This document shows, piece after piece, positions 50,676 through 62,689 of a stretch of 64,000 bases of DNA. The notes beneath the pieces were generated by a model, which saw nothing but the letters and a program-made list of their open reading frames with translations, was not told where the DNA came from and did no database searches. How positions within the stretch are numbered: the stretch's first letter is position 1; each line of letters begins with the position of its first letter. The position numbers and the translations under genes were made by a program. Origin of the DNA: Mobula hypostoma (taxonomy: Eukaryota); contig NC_086097.1 of NCBI RefSeq assembly GCF_963921235.1, forward strand, positions 203,920,001-203,984,000. Reading direction: 5' to 3'.

Positions 50676-51037
50676 GCATATATACGTACTTTAATAATAA
50701 ATTTGCTTTGATTTTGAAAAGGTAAAGGAATTATTGTGTCGTTCTCAAGGCTACTTCCTTTTATAATTCATCGGTGCAGTTCTGACCATGTCCATGTGCA
50801 ATATGTTAGAAGTGCATATTTGGTTGGAGGGACATTATGGTTCCTGTAATGTAACATTTTCCTAATTATGTACTGTAACTTGGATCATACACCTATCCAT
50901 TGTAAAAAATAATTATTCCTGAATAAAATCTGATTAATAATACTTGATAATACTCAATATCCAAATAGTAAATTAAAATATCACTGAGATGCAGGATTGC
51001 TTGTGCAGCTAATGGGCAAAATTCTGTTTATATTTTA

Positions 51038-52158
51038 TAACTGGATCCTAGATTCCCTGACTGGGAGACCTCAGTCAGTCTGGATTGGAAGCAGCATCTC
51101 CAACACCATCACTCTGAGCATGGGGCCCCTCAGGGTTGTGTGCTCAGTCCACTGCTGTTCACTGTGCTGACCCACGACTGTGCTGCAACACACAGCTGGA
51201 ATCACATCATCAAGTTCGCCGATGACACGACCGTGGTGGGTCTCATCAGCAAGAATGATGAGTCAGCATACAGAGAGGAGGTGCAGCGGCTAACAGACTG
51301 GTGCAGAGCCAACAACCTGTCTCTGAATGTGAACAAAACAGAAGAGATGGTTGTTGACTTCAGGAGGACACGGAGCGACCACTCTCCACTGAACATCAAC
51401 GACTCCTCTGTAGAGATTGTTAAGAGCACCAAATTTCTTGGTGTTCACCTGGTGGAGAATCTCACCTCGTCCCTCAACACCAGCTCCATAGCAAAGAAAG
51501 CCCAGCAGCGTCTCTACTTTCTGCGAAGGCTGAGAAAAGTCCATCTCCCACCCCCCATCCTCATCACATTCTACAGAGGTTGTATTGAGAGCATCCTGAG
51601 CAGCTGCATCACTGCCTGGTTGGGAAATTGCACCATTTCTGATTGCAAGACTCTGCAGCGGATAATGAGGCCAGCTGAGAAGATCATCGGGGTCTCTCTT
51701 CCCGCCATCACAGACATTTACACCACACGTTGCATCTGTAGAGCAAACAGCATTGTGAAGGACCCCACACACCCCTCATACAAACTCTTCTCCCTCCTGC
51801 CATCTGGCAAAAGGCACCGAAGTATTTGGGCTCTCACAACCAGACTATGTAACAGTTTCTTCCCCCAAGCCATCAGACTCCTCAATACCCAGAGCCTGGA
51901 CTGACACCAGCCTACTGCCATCTACTGTGCCTACTGTCTTGTTTATTATTTATTGTAATGCTGCACTGTTTTGTGCACTTTATGCAGTCCTGGGTAGCTC
52001 TGTAGTCTAGTGTAGTTTTGTGTTGTTTTACATAGTTCAGTGTAGTTTTTGTATTGTTCATGTAGCACCATGGTGCTGAAAAATGTTGTCTTGTTTTTAC
52101 TGTGTACTGTACCAGCAGTTATGGTAAAATGACAGTAAAAAGTGACTTGACTTGACTT
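51038..52158 (+). mobile_element. Rex/Babar LINE 3' part
   Basis: [49 protein letters not shown] (ORF 51140-51904); (CTTGA)n tail. Confidence 0.92.
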
Positions 52159-52160
52159 AA

Positions 52161-52383
52161 GCAACATACATCAAAGTTGCTGGTGAACGCAGCAGGCCAA
52201 GCAGCATCTATAGGAAGAGGCGCAGTCGACGTTTCAGGCCGAGACCCTTAGTCCTGACGACGGGTCTCGGCCTGAAACGTCGACTGCGCCTCTTCCTATA
52301 GATGCTGCTTGGCCTGCTGTGTTCACCAGCAACTTTGATGTATGTTGCTTGAATTTCCAGCATCTGCAGAATTCCTGTTGTTT
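52161..52383. mobile_element. Fold-back PLE inserted in the LINE (CTTGA)n tail
   Basis: 89-bp arms 52159-52247 and 52262-52350 with one mismatch seen; 14-bp TSD TTGACTTGACTTAA at 52147-52160 and 52382-52395. Confidence 0.9.
52249..52286 (+). ncRNA. Minimal type I hammerhead ribozyme motif
   Basis: TAGTC-CTGACGA-CGGGTCTCGGCCT-GAAA-CG-TC-GACTG. Confidence 0.78.
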
Positions 52384-52909
52384 GACTTGACTTAACTTGA
52401 TTTTATGTTGCTCACATGGCCCAGTGGGAATGATGGACAAAAGTTCCCATCTATTGAACTTAACAGAAAGAAACAGTCCTCAGGGCACTCAGTACATGAC
52501 CAATTTCCACCTCTCAACATTCATATTAAATCTGCCTGAGTAGTAGCATCCCATCAGTATTATATTTGGTAATTCTACTCCTGATCCATTATTTCAATCT
52601 AGCAGGATCTGGACCACGATAATCAAACTCTGCCATTCAACATCATTATCACTGAGGCTGCCGTTACAATAAATTATTGGCCAATAAATTGATTTCTAAT
52701 GGTCATGTTGGCTATATGAGGGCAATATAGATCTTGAGTTTCATTAGAATGATTGATCTATAACACTGGGCTCATTTTATGTTGAACAGCTGAGGAAATT
52801 TAAGCACAAACATGACACTGTATAATTCAGAACATGCCATAATTGTCCACCAGGATGTTTGCCAAAATTTTATTAGTTTGATTACTTTTGGTTAATTTTT
52901 AAGTTAATA

Positions 52910-53355
52910 GACCAGACAGGAGCAGGATTAGGTCATTTGGCCGATAGAGTCTGCTCTGCCATTCAATCATACTATTGTTTTTTAAACCATTCTCCCGTGT
53001 TCTGCCCTTAAACCCTTTACCAAACAAAACTCTATCAATAAACACAAGAAATTCTGCAGATCAAAGTTGCTGGTGAAGGCAGCAGGTCAGGCAGCATCTC
53101 TAGGAAGAGGTCCCAGTCTGAAACGTTGACTGTACCTCTTCCTAGAGATGCTGCCTGACCTGCTGTGTTCACCAGCAACTTTGATGTGTGTTGCTTGAAT
53201 TTCCAGCATCTGCAGAATTCCTCATGTTTGCATTTTTAAATTCTGCAGATGCTGGAAATCCAAAGCAACATAAATAAAATGCTGGAGGAACTCAGCAGGT
53301 AATGCAGAACCTGTGGAAATGAACGCTACCAACCTCTGTTTTAAATACACCATTA
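52910..53355 (-). mobile_element. CR1 3' UTR containing a PLE terminus (53041-53325), which itself contains a fold-back PLE (53062-53237)
   Basis: Inner TSD AAATTCTGCAGAT at 53049-53061 and 53238-53250; CR1 resumes at CTACCAACCTCTG. Confidence 0.8.
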
Positions 53356-53849
53356 CTAAAGGAATTGGTGGAAATTTGATAATCTCTTCCACGAATGGAG
53401 ATTGATGCCGGATTGACTTAAATCAGAAACTGATAGCTTTTTGTGAATCAAAGGGTGTACGGAGCAGCAGATACACAGATGTTGATCTTTTGTTAGCCAC
53501 AATCTCACCAAGTGATGAAGCAGACACATTGATAAATGTCTCAATATCTGTTCTGAAGTTTTGTCACCTGCAGTAACTAAGTCAATATCAATCACAGAAC
53601 TCCCGTATACATATTTCGCCTCAGTTTCCCAGACGAAACGATGCAGTTGAACACATTTAAATTTGCATTAAAAATATAGGTGATTGATACTAAGGTAAAA
53701 CCCATGAAATACCTTGTTTTGATTTAATATATATATTGCCTGCAAACTATGTCATTAATTTTGAAGAAGAATCCCAGATCTGAACTATTAATTGTTTCTC
53801 TTTTCTCAAATGTTGTCTGATTCTCCAAGTTTTTCCAGCATTTTGTTTA

Positions 53850-54610
53850 TTGATTTATTTAGTGATACAGAATGGAATCGGCCCTTCCAGCTCTTCGAGC
53901 CATGCCACATCAGCAATCCCACAACCCAGATTAACCCTAACCATTTCACGAGAATAATTCCAGGAATGAAAGGGTTACCATATGAGGAACGTCTGGCAGC
54001 TCTTGGCCTGTATTCCCTAGAGTCCAGGAGAATGAGGGGGGATGTCATAGAAACATTCTGAATGTTAAAAGGCCTGAACAGATTAGATATGGCAAAGCTA
54101 TTTCCCATGCTAGGGGATTCTAAGACAGCAGGGCACGACTTCAGGATTGAAGGACGTCCTTTTAGAACTGAGACGCGAAGAAATTACTTTAGTCAGAGGG
54201 TGGTAAATCTGTGGAATTTGTTGTTACAAGTGTCTGTGGAGGCCAAGTCATTGAGTGTACTTAAGGCAGAGATAGATAGGTTCTTGATTACCCAGGGTAT
54301 CAAAGGGTATGGGGTGAAAGCAGGGGAGTGGGGATGACTGGAAGAATTGGATCAGCCCATGATTGAATGGCGGAGCAGACCAAATGGCCTACTTCTGCTC
54401 CTATATCTTATGGTCTTAACACAGGACAATTTACAATGACCAATAACCTACCTGGTATGTCTTTAGACTGTGGGAGGAAACCAGATGCATTCCATAGGAA
54501 GGACATACAGCCCTGGTAGCGTAATGGTCAGCGTGACACTATTACAACTAGGGGTGGTCTAGAGTTCAGGGTTCAATTCCGCTGCTATTTTATAAGGAGT
54601 CTTTGCACTC
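53850..54610. mobile_element. tRNA-derived HE1/V-SINE-like element with inverted 5' head, split by CR1
   Basis: V-domain-like TTTAGACTGTGGGAGGAAACC on the minus strand; plus-strand head with A box TAGCGTAATGG and B box GGTTCAATTCC at 54515-54580. Confidence 0.7.
53944..54418 (+). mobile_element. CR1 3' fragment
   Basis: FTRIIPGMKGL.YEERL..LGLYSLE.RRMRGD, FSQRVVNLWN; TCTTATGGTCTTA tail. Confidence 0.9.
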
Positions 54611-55362
54611 ACTTTCTGTTTTTATTTCAGATTTCTAGCTCCTGCAGATTTTAGAATTTCCCTTATGTCACCAATTCACCTCAACTGATCTACTTTGAGA
54701 TTTATTTTGACTAGTTGACATTCTTGCAGGTTCCATCAGAATCAAAATTCTCAAGTTCTTTCAAATTTGGATTTGTGCTCATTTAAGTGATTATGTGAAC
54801 AAGGGCATCTGTCAAGCCTGTTGTTTATGTACTGGTCTACTCTGTACTAATTTAGTTTGTTGCACTGTAATTCATATCAGATGTTAGACAGAGTTGCTCC
54901 ATCTGAAACCTCTGGTGAGTATTTAAAGTTCCTTCTCACTAATTAATGAAGAGATAAGGAGCTGCGTTGATTGGCTGGTCACTCCTTGCTGCTCAATGAA
55001 CATATCAATCAGATGGTCCAGTAGTTATTTCATTGTTGTTAGTCAAAATATTCAATAAACAAGTTCATTGTGAATTCCCTTATATTGCAAAGTGCAGCTG
55101 GAAGTTAGATTGTATTTTCAGCATCAAATGACCCTCTGTCTACCATACATAAATGGAGAATAATAATCAGTATCTTAAAAAGTGGGTTTGAATTGCAACA
55201 TTTGTTCTTGATTCTTGATAATGGTCAATAAGTCATAGCTGTTGATAACACAAACAGAACAGCTCAGTAAGGAAAAGTTCTCTCAAAAGATTAAAAATGT
55301 GTTGCATGAATATATTTCATGTGTGCTACATCCAGGTTAACTACCATGGGACCTCTCCCAAA

Positions 55363-55587
55363 ATGGTTCTCATTACCATCTCCTTTACTATTATATTCCA
55401 GTACCAGTAGCTCTTTGCATTCCTGTTTATCACCTCCAGAAGCTTTCTCCAACTTTAACTCCCCTCCTTCCACCTTACTTACTTGCTTTTTATTTTGTTG
55501 GAGATAGCTTCTGGAGGTGATAAATAGGAATGCAAAGGGCTACTGGTGCTGGAATATGATAGTAAAGGAGATGATAATGAGATCCAT
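55363..55587. repeat. 91-bp inverted repeat with 43-bp spacer
   Basis: 55363-55453 versus reverse complement of 55497-55587: 7 mismatches counted by eye. Confidence 0.85.
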
Positions 55588-55671
55588 GGTAATAGGGAAG
55601 CTTGTGGGTGAACAGTGTGTGTGTGGAGAGGGATGGAATCAGGAAGAGAAGGAAACTAAGATGGGTGTTTT

Positions 55672-55720
55672 TCTTTCTCTCTCCCTCTCTCCCTCTCTTT
55701 CTCTCTCTCTCTCTCTCTTT
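55672..55720. repeat. (CT)n microsatellite, imperfect
   Basis: Direct reading of the sequence. Confidence 0.9.
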
Positions 55721-55989
55721 CCTTATTTAAAAGCATAACTTTCTTGTGGTGGAGCAAATGTTGCTTCATATGGTGCATCAAGTACACGGGAAGAAGGAGA
55801 ACTTGGATATTTTCTCACTATGCAGGTCTTACCAAGGAGACTGAGCCAGATGATGATCTGCACACTCATTCACTTCAGTTTGAACAGGTAGTGAAATGAA
55901 ATGGGACCAAACATCATTCATATCCCCATATCATCCAGCCTCAAACTGAGAGAATAAGCAGTGACAGAGACACTAATGAAGTTTATTAG

Positions 55990-56080
55990 TATTGATGAAG
56001 GCCCTACAATCTGAAACATTAACTGTTCTCTCTCCTCAGATGCTGCTGACCTGCTGAGTATCGCTGGTATTTGCTGTTTT
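55990..56080 (+). mobile_element. Old PLE terminus
   Basis: TGATGAAGG..CTGAAACATTAACTG..GATGCTGCTGACCTGCTGAG. Confidence 0.55.
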
Positions 56081-56310
56081 CCTTACCGAAGATTAACTTC
56101 ATGCCAGAATACTCGGGGACCATTGTGAAGTATCAATTCACAGAGTTTCCCCTGAGCTATCATAACGTTGCACTCTGTGACACCCTTGTGAAAAACCTGA
56201 TATACAGCAGACTCAGGGCATTTAGTGAACCTTAAAGAGAAAGTTGACGAAGAAAGACAACGTCTCAATGCATCCCTTCAAAAGCAGAGGTTTAGTACAG
56301 GGCAAATCAA

Positions 56311-56845
56311 GACCATAAGACATAGGAGCAGAATTAGACCATTCAGCCCATCAAGTCTGCTCTGCTAGTCCATCATAGCTGATTTATTATCCCTCTCAAC
56401 CCCATTCTCCTGCCTTCTCTCGTAACTTCTGATGCCCTGACTAATCAAGAACTTATTTGTTTTAAATATACCAAATGACTTGGCCTGCACAGCCATCTGT
56501 GGCAATGAATTCCACAGATTCACCATCCACTGGCTAAAGAAATTCCTCCTTATCTCTGTTCTAAAAGAACTAAAGGAACCTCACAATTCTGAGGTTGTCC
56601 CCTTCAGTTCTGGACTCCCCCACTGTAAGAAACATCCTCTCCATATCCCCTCTATCTAGGCTTTTCAATATTCAATATGTTTCAATGAGACAACCCCCAT
56701 TCTTCTAAACTCCAGCAAGTACAGGCCCAGAACCATCAAATATTTCTCATACATTAATCCTTTCATTTACAAAATCATTCTTGTGAACCTCCTCTGGACC
56801 CTCTCCCATGCCAGCATATCTTTTCTTAAATAAGAGGCACAAGGT
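56311..56845 (-). mobile_element. CR1 3' fragment
   Basis: GACCATAAGACATAGGAGCAGAATTAG tail; decayed QRRFT, LE motifs. Confidence 0.85.
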
Positions 56846-56872
56846 GAGGTTCTGGAGATAAATGTTTCCAAG

Positions 56873-57243
56873 AAGATTTGAAGAGATTTGATAGAGGTAT
56901 ACAAAATTATCAGGGGTATGGATAGGGTAAATGCAAGCAGGCTTTTTCCACTGAGGTTGGGTGGGACTACAACCAGGGGTCATGGGTTAGGATAAAGGTG
57001 AAAAGGTTGAGGGGAACATGAGGGAAAATGTCTTCACTCAGTGGGTCATGATAGTGTGGAATGAGCTGCCAGCACAAGTGGTGCATCAAGCTCAATTCCA
57101 ACATTTAAGAGAAGTTTGGATAGGTACATGAATGGAGTGCCATGGTCCTGGTGCAGGTTGATGGGAGTAGGTAGTTTAAATGGTTTGGCACAGACTAGAT
57201 GGGCTGAAGGGCCTGTTTCAGTGCTGTACTTATCTATGGCTCA
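56873..57243 (+). mobile_element. CR1 3' fragment (same subfamily as 32606-34675)
   Basis: DLIEVYKIIRGMDRVNASRLFPL..GHGL; 3' UTR GGGCTGAAGGGCCTGTTTC. Confidence 0.88.
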
Positions 57244-60114
57244 AAGAACTAACTTTGGCAAGTGATTTCAGAAGTTTCGGTAAACCACCTTCTCAATGCA
57301 AGAAATCCAAAAGGATTGTCAGTTTCAATGTTCTCCTGTTGTGAGTCCTATAATTAATGAAGAATTAACACAGAGTATGATTGAACAGTAAGGTAATAAC
57401 TTCAATGATCCCGGAGATGGATGCTACATCAATATTTTAAAAGCTGTTGATGCTCTAAGATTAAATGAGCAACAGAAGACCAGCTAATAAGATCAAAGAA
57501 AATTTGAAAATGAGGTTTCACACTTTTTTAGTGTTTAAAGGGATGTTAAAGTGTAGTATGTAGGAATCACAACATGCTGTAACTGGTCACATGTATCACT
57601 GAGAATGTGTGTAGTCTAAAAATTACCTTTAATATTGACACATGTTGGAGTTTCTGTGTTTTCTATTCGTTACAATGGACATCTGCATGTTATTTCACTA
57701 AATATTAGGAAGCCACGGAGGTTTATACATTTAGTTAATTCCTTCTTTCTTACTCTGCATGGTCAATAATAGCACTGACTGTACAACCTAAAGAGCATGC
57801 TTAAGTTTTTGTTTTCCATTGCAAGAAGTTTACTTAAATACTGCAAATAGGACATTGACAGGTGCTTTCAAGGCTCCTTGGTGATTGAACCAGGAAATTA
57901 AAGGACAATACGTTAGCCATCAGTAAAGAGTATCCACATTGCTGAAAATCCTGCCCTTACTTGCAGAGGAGGTCTGCAAAAACCTTCAAAACAGGGATTA
58001 TAACAGAAAGGAATTAAACACTACTTACAAATTTACCAAAGTAACTTAAAACAACTGTTTAATAATAAAATTACAAAAGAAACAGCGAACTCCATTATTA
58101 AATGTAAACCAGCTCTTAAACCAAATAGAGAAAAGGAGGCAATAGAACATTCCACCCTGTTTAATAATTCATCCTGTAATTACTCATGTTCAAGTGATTG
58201 CAGTTCTTTCCCAAGTAAAAAACTTCCTTTGTACTAATGGTTTAATTGAACATTTTCATGGCTTTCACAAATATTTTACGGATGGATTCAAAAGGTCTTT
58301 TACAAATTTGTCAAATATGGATCTCATAATGTTTTACATTTGGAACATATTAGCCTTTTCTAAGGCTTCTTTCAGTTAGCAAAGCACATTACATTCTTTC
58401 TGTGAATAGATCAAAAGATGTTACATTTTCATCTGCCCATTGGTTGAATTTACAATTTTGTTAATATATATATACATTCTATGATGCCAGGATGTGAAGC
58501 CTTTCAGGCTTAGAAGTAGATCACTGAAATTTAAGCTATGATACCACTTAAATGGCAAACACTTGAATTTAGGGAGGCTTTGATGGGTGGTGATGGGTGG
58601 TGATGGGAGGGTGGGTGGCAGGTTGGTGGAGTAGATGTTGGGAAAATAATTATTTCCTAACTAATCCTAACTATACTTTTCCTTATATTCTCAAAAAAAG
58701 TATTAAAAAAGATTCTCCTCCAGGAACCCTCTCATTTACAGGGACCACGAAAGGAAAATAGCATGGTATGCTAAATATCAAACCCCACCACTATTACACT
58801 ACACAAACTTCTGCTGTCTCCACAATGCTGATTGCTCACCTTATTGTATTTAAATAACAGACAACTAGGTAGATTTTTTTTTCTCCAATATACTTATAGG
58901 AGATTGGATTTTTTTTTTGTCTTTTAATGAAACACCTGGAGAAACATTGCAAAGAGGGTCTATCCTCTTGATCAGTGCAGTTGCATTGTTCCTGTACCTC
59001 ACCTGAATCCTTACTTACTTTCCAACCCTAATTCTTTTCTCCAATCATCTTCCACCTCAGTTTTCATTGTTGAAGATTTTATTTATTATCTGTCAATGGA
59101 GAAAGGTGAGTTCTATGAAAATGCAAGCCATATTTTCAGTTTTATATTTGAGGTTAGAACTGTCACTTGCAGCAATCAATCTGCTAAAGAATTGTTGGAG
59201 AGATGCTACTTGACCCATCAAGTTTTTCCAGCAGATTACATATTGCACCAGATTCCAGCATCTACAGCCTCTTGTGTCTCCATTGCACTACTCCACTGCA
59301 AAGTCTCTTCAAGGGATGCTGACTTTGAAGAAGTTTTTTGCCTCTCTCCAATAGGAGTTCTCTGAGATCCTCTCTCACTCCTCCCTGTCTATGGTTTCTA
59401 TTGCTTGCCAGCTTTTTGATGAAGCCTCACTGCTACAGCCATGTATCCTTGCTCCCACACATGCTGCTGGTCTCATTGAGTTTTTCCAGTGTCTGCAGTT
59501 TCTTATCTCTCCATATAACTACCATTTTACTTTTATTCTCGCCCTTTCAAAATAAAGACATTAATTTATTTTTATGTACCCAAAGAAATGCAGCACACAA
59601 AAATGTGCCAAGAAAATAAGTAATCAGAACCTCTCCTATAAGTTAAGATCCAGCCTTTTCTGTTTTTTATTCAGATTTTCAGTTTGCACTTTCCTTTCAC
59701 AGTTGTCTTTGGACTGATCCTGTGCCTTGTCCATTTTCATGTCTGATTTCTTCTCAACTTGTCGATTTCAGCCAAGCAGATACTCAGACTGAATATCCAA
59801 CAATCTCTGAAGTGGGGAGTTGCAAACATTTAAAAGTGCTCTGTAGAGATATTTTTTCTCAGTGTTTCTTAAATAGCTAAACTTTCTTTGAGAAAGGAGC
59901 ATCTCACCAGCACTAGACTCTCTAACTGGTATTCTAACATCACAGCATCTACTCTATCAGTTGTTCTTGGAATTTTTTATCACTCAGTGAGATTACCACT
60001 TGTTCTTCTGATCTTCAATGAGTGTAGCTCAATCTTACGGAATCTCTCCTTATAGGAGAAGCTTCAATAGAGCAAATGAATCTACGCTGTACTGACTTCA
60101 CATTAAATATGTTC

Positions 60115-60265
60115 TTGGAACACATAACAGGTCAGGCAGCATCTGTGGAAAGAAAAATAGGTAATGTTTCAGGTTTGGGATTCTTCATCGGAACTGAGAA
60201 AGAGAAATAAGTGAGTTGGGTAAGTTTTGGGGACTGGTGGATCAGAGGGGATATCTATAATAGGA
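60115..60265 (-). mobile_element. Old PLE 3' region
   Basis: CAGGTCAGGCAGCATCTGTGGA..GTTTCAGG..CTTCATC.GAACTG. Confidence 0.55.
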
Positions 60266-60967
60266 TGTTTTCAGATGACCTAGTGCAGTTGTTCATTGGC
60301 ATTTAAGATAATATGAAGCTTCTTTGTCTCATTATTGTGATGTTAACGATAAAGCTCTGGGTTATATCCAGCACATCAGACTATAGAAAATAAAGGGGAA
60401 AGAATCCGATCCAAAATGATGACAGATAAAAGTAGCCAGTTCTGATACAGACAGAAAGAACAATTTGTCTAAAGTTAGAGCTTTCCTTCTCTTGTTGTAA
60501 CAGTCCAGGAACCAGACAGAAAGGCCAGAGTCGGGGTGGGGGGAGGGGGGAGATGATCAATTAAAGTACAAACAAGCAGCTAAATGATCAGTGTTGGCAG
60601 AACACTGTTACCTTACTTCCACAATGTGCATGGTGTAATATAGACCCCATAGCACCTACCCACCAGGATTTTATAGTTTTAGATACCTAAAGAAAATGAA
60701 ACAGAAATTATATTCTATCAGATCATATTGTATTCAGCAAAGTATTCATTATTGTTACTGAATTAATGGACACTGCGCAGATGGGTACGTGTTGAAAGAG
60801 AGCTCTCAGAAGATCAGAAAGATCTGGCAGGCTGTTGATCTTGATGTTACAGGATTTTACAGAGATCAGAGAGAACTGTATCATTTCACAAAAAGTAGAG
60901 TTAGTAAATCCTAATATAAGTAAATAAGCATAGTAATTTTGAGCAATATACACAAAATGATGGAGGA

Positions 60968-61744
60968 ATTGAATTAACTTTATTACTTACATCCTTCATA
61001 CACATGAGGAGTAAAAATCTTTACGTTACAGCTCCATCTAAATGAGCAATGTACAATTGATAGTAATGAATAATAAATAGTATGTACAATGATATAACAT
61101 AAAAATACAGTTGTGTCAGTATGAATTAATCAGTCTGATGTTCTGGTGGAAGAAGCTGTCCCGGAGCCTGTTGGTCCTGGCTTTTATGCTGTGGTATTGT
61201 TTTACGGATGGTAGCAGCTGGAACAGTTTGTGGTTGGGGTGACCCAAGTCCCCAATGATCCTTCGGGCCCTTTTTACACACCTGTCTTTGCAAATGTCCT
61301 GAATAGTGGGAAGTTTACAACTACAGATGCACTGGGCTGTCCGCACCACTCTCTGCAGAGTCCTGCGATTGAGGGAAGTACAGTTCCCATACTAGGCAGT
61401 GATGCAGCCAGTCAGGATGCTCTCAATTGTGCCCCTGTAAAAAGTTTGTAGGATTTTGGGGCCCATACCAAGCTTCTTCAACTGCCTAAGGTGAAAGAGG
61501 TGCTGTTGTGCTTTTTTTCACCACACAGTAGGTATGTACAGACCACGTGAGATCCTCGGTGATGTTTATGATGAGGAACTTAAGCTGCTTACCCTCTCAA
61601 CCCCAGATTTATTGATGTCAATAGGGGTTAGCCTGTCTCCAATCTTCTTGTAGTCCACAACCAGCTCCTTTGCTTTTGCCACATTGAGGGAGAGGTTGTT
61701 TTCTTGACACCACTGTGTCAGGGTGATGACCTCTTCTCTGTAGG
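60968..61744 (-). mobile_element. Rex/Babar LINE 3' part
   Basis: II.D..HPNH.LFQLLPS...SIKART.RLRDSFF (61116-61349); KELVVDY remnant; (TTCAA)-like tail. Confidence 0.87.
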
Positions 61745-62068
61745 GTCATTAGGACAGGCAGCTTCCGGGAAAAGATTACAGACAACGTTTCAGGCCGAAA
61801 CCCTTCGGCAGAATTGGAGAAATTAAGCTGAGGAGCAGGTCTAAAAGGTGGGGGGGAGGGGAAAGAGAAAGGAAAGGTGATAGGTGAAACCTGAAGGGGG
61901 AGGGGATGAAGTAAAGAGCTGGGAAGTAAATTGGTAAAAAAGACGAAAGGCCATGGAAGAAAGAGGAGGGGGGTAGGAGTATCAGAGAGAGCTTCATCCC
62001 TCCCTCCTCAAGTTTACTTCCCTCCCCCCCCCCCCCACCTTTTAGAATTACTCCTCAGCTTTTTTCTC

Positions 62069-62106
62069 TAGTCCTGCTGAAGGGTTTCGGCCCGAAACGT
62101 TGACTG
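62069..62106 (+). ncRNA. Hammerhead motif with CUGCUGA core variant
   Basis: TAGTC-CTGCTGA-AGGGTTTCGGCCC-GAAA-CG-TT-GACTG. Confidence 0.55.
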
Positions 62107-62689
62107 TACTCTTTTCCTAGATGCTGCCTGGCCTATTGAGTTCCTCCAGTATTTTTGTGTGTTACTTGGATTTCCAGCATCCAGATTTTCTCTTGTTTGT
62201 AATAATAATTTTGAGACCAGAGAGATCAAGTATGTTGATGGCAATGAATAGCTATTGATAAAAGTTGAAGTAAAGTGCCAGAACAAGTTAAAATCCTGTT
62301 GAATTGTCAGGAATCAAATATTACAATGGGCACTAAAGGTACTGACATCTTCACGATGGTGAAGCAACTAACATGACCAAAGCGATGTCCTGTAGCAGTT
62401 CACAAAACTACAACTTATTGTCAATAACTTCTTCTTCCAGACAAGATGTTGTTTGAGTACAGCACTCCTTCGGTCGGCATCTCCTGGATAGATCATGAAA
62501 ACACAAATTTCACTTCTTTTATGTCTTTTACATTTGTTTTTCCCCTTGAATGTGATTCTGGAACTGTTGGACCTGTGATTTGCTGCTTGGACATTGTTAG
62601 GATGTTCCAGCAAATTACAGTCTCCGAGAGGAATCCAGGAGATGCAGACAGCGTGCAGGAACCCCATGGTGGGCAGGCAGTAAGCTGAT

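Larger units (their letters stand above)
49050..50718 (+). mobile_element. Rex/Babar-type 3' UTR hosting CR1 and RTE insertions
   Basis: 49050-49137 plus 50444-50718 match 9035-9270; AATAAATTTGCTTTGATTTTGA tail. Confidence 0.7.
60944..62201. mobile_element. Fold-back PLE split by a Rex/Babar LINE
   Basis: Left arm 60944-60967 plus 61745-61990, right arm ~61995-62201; TSD ATAGTAATTTTGAG/ATAATAATTTTGAG at 60930-60943 and 62202-62215. Confidence 0.8.

Noticed and set aside
54515..54585. tRNA-like A and B boxes
   Set aside because: SINE head; no full cloverleaf
55827..55887. Further candidate exon (also 15106-15160)
   Set aside because: Weak donor or acceptor and no recognisable peptide; expected by chance in 64 kb
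58581..58625. G-rich (GATGGGTGGT)n, possible G-quadruplex
   Set aside because: Short low-complexity repeat with no functional context
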